Assembly: GCA_049724395.1 (NCBI GenBank)
Contig: JAUGWO010000026.1
Span: forward strand, 1-64,000
From: Spongospora subterranea f. sp. subterranea
Lineage: Eukaryota
DNA length: 64,000 bases
Direction: 5' to 3'
Shown: positions 57,001 through 64,000 of the stretch, piece by piece
How positions within the stretch are numbered: position 1 is the stretch's first letter
How the letters are laid out: each line of letters begins with the position of its first letter
Notes under the pieces: generated by a model
Databases searched by the model: none
Told to the model about the DNA's origin: nothing
What the model saw: only the letters and a program-made list of their open reading frames with translations
Program-made: the position numbers and the translations under genes

Positions 57001-59854
57001 ATAAGAGAAGAAGAATGGTCTCTTCAGCAGAACAGAGTCGTTTCTGAGAAGGTTGACGTAGAACAACGTTGTGAAGAGCTGCAGAAGAATTTGGATCGTG
57101 TTCAGGATAATGTGAAGCTCCTAGTTGATAAACTTGCTGCACTAAGTTCGAAAGAAGAAGCCTGTACGGCGCAGTTGAATACCCTTCAATCAGACAATTT
57201 GGATCTTCAAAAACAAGTTTCACAGCTCAACGAGCAAGTTTGTCTGTCAAAAGTGCCAACACCAAAAAAAGTTTCCGCAGCAGGAAGAATTACTCAGGTA
57301 CGCAACGTCTTTTACTCTGAGATGCCTCTCATAGATGTGTAGTTATTTTCTCCTGCAAAATCGCTGGATTCGAGCCAATTCTCTCGGATGAAATCTTTGA
57401 TGTCGTCAAATGACGAAGAGAAGGGCAAACTCATGGAACAAATGCATGAGATGCAGGTCAGTCATTGCCAAGAACTACAAAACCTCAAAGATAGTCTTCA
57501 AAAAGAGCATGACCTCGTTGTCAGATTAACCAAATACAAATCCCATCTCAGCGAACTTAACGCGCTGATTCAAGAGCGTATCGAACAAGAGAGCGAGTTA
57601 CGCAGACGTCTGGTACACGCAGAAGATGTCATCGCGGGTCTTTGCCATGCAACCGACAATATGCAGCTCTTCGTAGCTCAGCGAACGGAGTTTTCAAACG
57701 AAAACTGGGACAAAAAACATTCATTTATTGCTAACATGTCAACATTGATGTGTGATACGAACTCCAAGTTAATTGATATGGAACATTCCGTATTCGAACT
57801 TGACGTCGCTCTTGAAGAGGCACAAAGAGACGTCAGCCAATATCACCAATGCGCTCAAGATATGGAGGATGAAATGTTAGAGCTGCAAGTCCAGCGCGAT
57901 CAAGCTTTTGAAGAACTTAAGAAGTAGGGTTTCTCTGGGCTTCGCTTTACAATTATTTTATTAGTTGAAATAGATGTGCATCGTCAACCGATTTAGAGTT
58001 ATCAAGAGCAGAGGCTGAACTTATTGCTACTGAAAGTCTTACTGAGCTCGCTGTTGCTAGTGACAATCTCGAGCAAGCCCGGTCAAAAATAATATCTCTT
58101 GGTGACGCGTTAAATGCATGTCTCACGGTTTCTTCCGTTTTATTTATATCTGAGACGAGTTTTCATGTAGGCTGCATATTCTGAGATCAACGATATCAGT
58201 CGAACGATGTCGACGTTAGAGAACCGCGTTCTGGAAGTATCTGCTGAATCAAGTTCCTGGCAGGCACGATGTGATGTTATGCTTATTGGAACCTGTGGCG
58301 AGAGGAATGTCGTCAACGCGACCAACATAGGATCGGTCGGTGTCTTGCTGCTAAATTTGTCGGAGGAGTTAATAGAGGTCAATCATAGTTCTCAAAGCAG
58401 ATTCTATATTGACTATTGATCTGCAGGCTAACGATCGGTGCCATAATCAAATTGTCGAAAATCATGCATTGCGCAATGAAGCTACCCGACTCGGACAAAA
58501 ACTGGATCAAAGTGCAATTGATCAGGAACAGCTTTCAAACAACTTTGCTCAGACGCAGGCGTTTGCAATTGTGTGTGTTATAGTAGCAGTGCCTTTTTTT
58601 GTCTTGATAACTTCTTCTCGGTACAGGTCGCCACCAACGGTTTAGTCGGTGCGGAGACTCTAATCAGCGAATTGGTTGAAGCAAATAACTACATTCCAGC
58701 GCTTCGTGCAGAGCTATCAAATACTTATATGCAGCTGAATGATATGGAAATTGAAATGGGTGAGCTCAGTTTTCAAAAGTACGACTTGATGCCGAAATCG
58801 GTTCTCATGTTGCATCATGACTAATATAATCCTGTAGATATGCTTACAACAAGGAGAACTCCCCATTTGTCTGGGCAAACTCACCAAGGCACCGAATGCG
58901 TTACAGTCAAATGGTTAAAAATGCTTTACCGTGTTGAGGAACAATTGGTTATTAACGAGGAGAAGGTTACCCAGCATTTTGAGTTTTTCTTAGCGACGTC
59001 TCACATAATGAATGTATAGTTTTCACGTGTAAAGGGTAGCATGGCTGCTCGAATTGCAGCTGAAGAGACTCGCTCTGCCGCACTTACTGCACAGTGTGAT
59101 CGTTTTTCTAACGAAGTCGATACGGTTGCTTTCCCTCTCAAATAGTTCAGACGTCGGAGATGTGACATTCTTGCCATAGTTACGTGGGGAATTGTCGATT
59201 CTAAACGCAGAAAAAGAAAATACTGAACAGGCGTTGCAATTGGAAATGAGATGCTTACGAAACGAGAATGAGGTAAATGTCTTTCATTTTGCTGCAAAAA
59301 TGTCGTCCATCATGAATCCATATAGTTGCGGGTCAATTCCTATTCGTCTGCCCTATCCGATTCACAAGATCAGATTTCACGAAACAGAGTTGAGATCGAC
59401 GAACTCTCCACTACCATTAAAGCAGGATTAATTGTTCATTGATGAATTATATGCTGATTGAGCATTGCATAGGCGTTACAAGCACAGTGTAAATCAAACA
59501 GAGATGAGGTACCCGACAAATCGCTTGAAGTATGTATTCAATTGCTTTTGAAACTTTAACCATATTATTTATGTTCTTGACAGGATGATGAACCGACGAT
59601 GCAAGAGAACTGTCCACTTGATGACATCAGCAGCGATAAGATCAAGCTAAACGAACTGGTTACCAAAACTAGGAAAATGCAGAAACAAATCCGTATCCTG
59701 GAAGCGAAGGTAAGCGTCATCAAAATTGTGCACAACTGGTACGATAATCTGTTCACAGAACCGCATGCTGGAGAAGAAACTGGTACCTGCTGTCCCTGTT
59801 GCTGACATTCCAACAATCAGATCTCCGCTGGCAGATATTCGAAAAGATATCTGA
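54031..59854 (+). CDS. Very long coiled-coil protein of unknown family, multi-exon
   Basis: Consecutive heptad-rich E/L/Q/K ORFs joined by GT-AG introns, from MDFGPEATHKDQ to ...RSPLADIRKDI-stop. Confidence 0.75.
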
Positions 59855-59937
59855 AAGTTCCATGCGCACAGGCAAGATCTTAATTGATTCCATTCAACTT
59901 ATTATATAATTGTAATATACATCGGCGTGTGAATATA

Positions 59938-60567
59938 ATGAACTTCTTTTGTTTTTTGTTTTTCAACACATTGCTATTAAAGAGTTTATTCCTGCCCGCT
60001 AAAGGGATCGTTTGCGAGCAACAAGATGCGGTTCAGAATTTTCTTTGCCGCTACTCGCTCGCAAGCCTGTATAACGAGCAACATCAGGGCGATGTCAATG
60101 CTCGCGTAGAATATCGTCAGCGTCTTCTAGATCTAGTTCTGAATTCGCGTCCTCAATGTTTCCCGTATCAGTTCGGAAAAGAAATATTCACCACGAAATA
60201 CTCTGCAAGTTTGTGGGATAGCTTATGGTATAAAATCCCAAGCGGTTCACAGTCTCGTTATGTTTGTGGAACCATCACCAATACACTTCAGCGATCCCTA
60301 GCCCAATATGGCGGTATGAGTCAAGATGGAGTGTTGCTCATGGCAAGCCGGCTCGCCGACATCAACTGTGTTTGCAGTGTCGCATCCGATACTGTGTGCA
60401 TGAATGATTTCGCCATGATACTTCGCCTACTCTGGGAGGATCCTGCTCCAATCGGAATGTTTGATATAGATGCAGCATGGGCTAATAACGATGTTGGAGC
60501 AAGCCGTCTAATATCAATGATTGAGAAAGACTATTCGTGGACAGGAATATGCCCAAGTGATGATTAA
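59938..60567 (+). CDS. Secreted hypothetical protein (209 aa, 8 Cys in mature part); intronless
   Basis: Signal-like MNFFCFLFFNTLLLKSLFLPAKG; uninterrupted ORF; AATAAA at about 60613. Confidence 0.7.
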   Translation: MNFFCFLFFNTLLLKSLFLPAKGIVCEQQDAVQNFLCRYSLASLYNEQHQGDVNARVEYRQRLLDLVLNSRPQCFPYQFGKEIFTTKYSASLWDSLWYKIPSGSQSRYVCGTITNTLQRSLAQYGGMSQDGVLLMASRLADINCVCSVASDTVCMNDFAMILRLLWEDPAPIGMFDIDAAWANNDVGASRLISMIEKDYSWTGICPSDD

Positions 60568-60822
60568 TCGTTAACATCTTTTGCCTCTCTCGTGCGAAGA
60601 CAATTCGTTCAAAATAAACCTTGCTGTTATTGACTGTTTATGGCACGGGCTGATTGCAAGGAACCACCGAAATTCCTGACAATGCCGACCCTTGGATGGC
60701 GTCATCGAGACGTTCAACACGATACAAATTCAAAACCACGAGATTAGAATTTCTATCACTTAGAACCACAGAACCGGATAAGCACTGGAACGACGTTTAA
60801 TAGATATTGGATACCAATCGCT

Positions 60823-61339
60823 CTAAAAATCGTTGTCCTCAGTTTGCGAGAAGTTGCTCTCATTGTCCCAAGTTTGCAGAAGCTCGGTTGAGGCAACATC
60901 GTCCCCGTCAACAGATAATTCCGATCCAGAATAGCCATCCTCGTCCGACGAATATGCAAACATAGGGCGAAATCCGCTAGGCTTCAAACCCAGCTTGTCA
61001 TGAACGGCGTTTATTTCGTCCCCATCGTTGTCTTCGTTCCAGAGGGTGCCTTTGCTGTGGCCGAATACCAGAAGAACTATTGATGCTCAAAGCATCGATG
61101 CTCGCAGCCAACTCCCCTGCACCTTTCTGCTTTTCTCCCTTTTTCGCCTTTGGCTTCATTGCGCTCCCTTCGGATTTGGCGACCTTGGTCACCGGCTTCT
61201 TGGCGACATTTTTTATTCCTTCGCTACTGAGCAGGATTGTGTCCACTAGCTCAGGCGACGTGACCAATATTTTCATTTTTGGAGTCGATGGGGCGAAAGC
61301 AGGTACAGTACTGTTTGCATTTATCGGACCCGATGACAT
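60823..61339 (-). CDS. Possible low-complexity (Lys-rich then acidic) hypothetical protein or gene remnant
   Basis: MSSGPINANST...KPKAKKGEKQKG ORF, plus a second open acidic frame to a TAG at 60823 that needs a frameshift near 61070. Confidence 0.3.
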
Positions 61340-61869
61340 TCTAAACGTGATAATGTGAATCTGCCATTCTCGATCCGGGTACACAGGTAATCATACCAAT
61401 ATCGGCCATGACTACTATCAAATCCTATATGCCATTGGGGTTCAGTACTCCCTGATTGTTCACGTGAGACTTATTTTTAGAGGGTATTCATGCATTTTAC
61501 TGAGACAACGAGTTTTCGAGGGTAGCAACAAGCTGCTTTTGTTCACCTGTTTGAATTTGAGAGAAGCTCCCGGACACAATTAAATGGGAAAATTTACACC
61601 ATCGGTGATGAAATCGCACAATTCGGTGAATGCTCTCGATGCTGGTGACATGTCAAAACTTAGCTGGTGCACTCTGGTCAAAGTCTCGCAACAACGGACC
61701 CCGATCAGAATCAATCATCAGATGTATATTAATCTGTCATTATTTTATCGTCGTCGTCACATCTAGCAAGAAGCGTGTTTGCAGTCTGTAGAGATTCTGG
61801 AGCGGGTAGAGATTCTTGGCCGTCGAGGCTCGTTTGGAGAGAATTAGCTTGTCTCGTTAAGGCTGGCAT

Positions 61870-62026
61870 CGTTGAATGAGAATATTCTATTGAGCGTTAT
61901 CGTGGTAATTAAGGAGTGAGTTTTATTCGGTATTCGATGTGTTCAATCATATAGTCATGATTCACGCGTTATTGACCTCCTAGTCCATGACTCACCGCCG
62001 TAGAGAATGTTGACGCATCTCCAACG
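61870..62026 (-). repeat. Putative 3' LTR (about 140-157 nt; left boundary uncertain)
   Basis: Begins CGTTGGAG immediately after the PPT, contains CTATATG and AATAAA, and ends at either CTCAATA (61888) or ATTCAACG (61870). Confidence 0.55.
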
Positions 62027-64000
62027 CTCCCACTCGGCAGCATATCTCGTAGGCGTGTGAATGCCGTCGAACCAAGTGCCTTTGTCAACATGTCTGCAAC
62101 CATCCTCTCTGTTGGGCAATACATCAGCTTAATATCCCCCGTTGCTATCCTTTCTCGCGTGAAGTGATGCCGGATGTCTATATGTTTGGCACGTCTTGAT
62201 GTCATGACGTTATTCGCTAACGCAATCGTTCCTTGATTGTCTTGGTAAATCGTGGTGGCCATGCTAGGTGTGCAGCCTACTTCAGTTAGAAAATTTCGTA
62301 ACCAGAGTACCTCTTGAGTGGCCGCCGCTAGCGCCATGTACTCTGCCTCCATAGTCGATAGAGCCACCGTCTGTTGTCGTTTCGTCTTCCAGGCGATTGG
62401 TCCGCCGTATAGGCAAAGGAATCCGGTCGTTGATCGTCTGTCGTCGAGGTCGTTACCCCAGTCTGCATCCGCGTAGCAGGTCAATGTCGCTGGTGCAATG
62501 CCGCCTAAAGTTAGTCCATGCTCGATTGTGCCTCTCAGATATCTGAATATTCGTTTTACCGCGATTACGTGTGCTGACGTGGGCCTTTGGCAGAATCGTG
62601 CCACATTGGATACTGCAGCCATGATGTCGGGCCTTGTCGCCGTCGCCGCGTACATCAATGCTCCCACTGCTTGCCGGAATGGGTATGCAGTTTCGGCTTC
62701 GTCTTCGCTTGTGTTTTAGCGAATTCCTTCCGATATCCATAGGTGTTGACACCGGTTTGCTGTCGTGCATCCCGAATTCTAGCAACATCTTCTCAAGATA
62801 TCGTTTCTGGGATAATCTTATCTCTCGTCGTTCTCGTGTCCGATTGATTTCCATTCCCAAGATGTGAGAAATGTCCTGCAAATCTTTCATCTTGAATTGT
62901 GCTGAGAGTTCGCCCTTTATCGTGTTGATTGATTCAGTATTCTTCGATATTATGATTAAGTCATCGACGTATACGCCTATCGTCACGTTTTCGCCGTTTT
63001 GCTGCCTTTCGAAGATACATGGGTCGCTCTTGAGTTGTCGAAATCCAATCTTGGTAAGGAAAGAGGAAAATGTATTCCACCACGCTCGTCCGGATTGACG
63101 CAGTCCATAAATTGCCTTGTGTAGCCGACACACCAGTTGTTCATTTCCGGATTGTACGAATCCTTCTGGCTGTCGAATATATATCTCCTCGTCGATCTTT
63201 CCATTGAGATATGCCGTATCGACATCCATCTGATGAATCTCATGGTCTCGATTTGCTGCAATACATAACAGTAAACGTAGGGTCGTACTTGACATAACGG
63301 GAGCGAATGTTTCGTAGAAGTCGATTCCTGGCCGTTGTCTAAATCCTTGCGCCACCAACCGGGCCTTGTGCCGAATTGGGTTGCCGTGTACATCTTCTTT
63401 GATTTTGAATACCCACTTTGTGCCTATTGCCGTCCGCCCCTTCGGCAAGTTCGTGAGCGACCAAGTCCCATTGCTGATCAAGGATTGATATTCTTGCAGC
63501 ATCGCTTTCTCCCACTCAATCGCGTCCGACCGTTGTAAAGCCTCTGTTCGTGTTACTGGTTCTCGATCTATCATGTTAACGAATTCTTCGTGAAATCGCG
63601 CAGGTTGAGCTCGAACACGATCTGGTCGTCTATGTAGGTTCCCATTGTCGTCGCCGTTTTGTAACATTTCGTTTTCGATTATATGCACGTGATCGTCGTC
63701 GTTTTCGGTATCTGGTTTCCTTTGGGTGTGGTCCTGATCGTTTGTGGATTCCTCGAAGTCGTCGCATTCTTGAGCGTTGCCTCCGCTTCTACCGTATCCC
63801 AGGATGTTTTCGTTGAACTTTACGTCTTTGCTGACGAACAATCTTCGCGTTTGTAGGTCCACGAGTCTGTATGCCTTGCGTCCACTCTCATATCCCACCA
63901 AGATGGCCTCTCTGCTTCGCGGCGTCATCTTCTTTGTCAATTCCGCCGGTATCATCGCATACGCTCGACATCCCCAGACTCTCGCGTGGCTGAAGTTCGG
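61969..64000 (-). CDS. pol: Copia Pol polyprotein (integrase tail, reverse transcriptase, RNase H)
   Basis: WGCRAYA...ILVGYESGRKAYRL, KARLVAQGF, QMDVDTAYLNG, LYGLRQS-like IYGLRQSGR, YVDD, YADADW, YQDNQG, KHIDIRHHF, ADMLTK; one frameshift near 62714-62717. Confidence 0.95.

Larger units (their letters stand above)
61870..64000 (-). mobile_element. Ty1/copia LTR retrotransposon, 3' half (5' part lies beyond the window)
   Basis: Domain order integrase C-terminus, RT, RNase H; polypurine tract GAGTGGGAG at 62027-62035 followed by a short LTR-like segment containing AATAAA. Confidence 0.95.

Noticed and set aside
58559..58626. Possible GC-AG intron in the coiled-coil gene
   Set aside because: An in-phase GT donor at 58571 gives a typical 56-nt intron, so the GC donor is unnecessary.

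Overview
Gene-dense eukaryotic nuclear DNA with about 28 protein-coding genes. Most are split by short (about 50-75 nt) GT-AG introns with degenerate donors, and intergenic gaps are often under 100 nt. Recognisable genes: PRP22/DHX8, RUVBL1, CWC27, pantothenate kinase, trehalose-6-phosphate phosphatase, a CDKL kinase, CCDC25, UMP synthase, histone H2A, a rhomboid protease, phosphatidylserine decarboxylase, NR2C2AP-like, RPB2, a GBF1/GNOM-type ARF-GEF, mitochondrial IF2, DNAAF1, HIBCH and SPT20-like. The window ends inside a Ty1/copia LTR retrotransposon. Tiny introns, flagellar genes, small secreted proteins and a divergent 7TM receptor suggest a flagellated protist, possibly a plasmodiophorid (Phytomyxea); this is inference only. 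Many conserved genes carry single-base indels in homopolymers and the first ~350 nt are heavily corrupted, so the assembly looks like an under-polished long-read consensus and some exon boundaries are approximate. I see no tRNA, rRNA or CRISPR and no clearly new multi-gene system. The best leads are unusual domain architectures (D/D-PanK, UBL-PUB-RING with an Asp ligand, polytopic PSD, anchored TPP), a probable divergent XLF, hidden effector-like secreted proteins, a 27-bp repeat echoed inside DNAAF1, a recurrent TGCGCA promoter motif and apparently non-TG...CA LTR ends.
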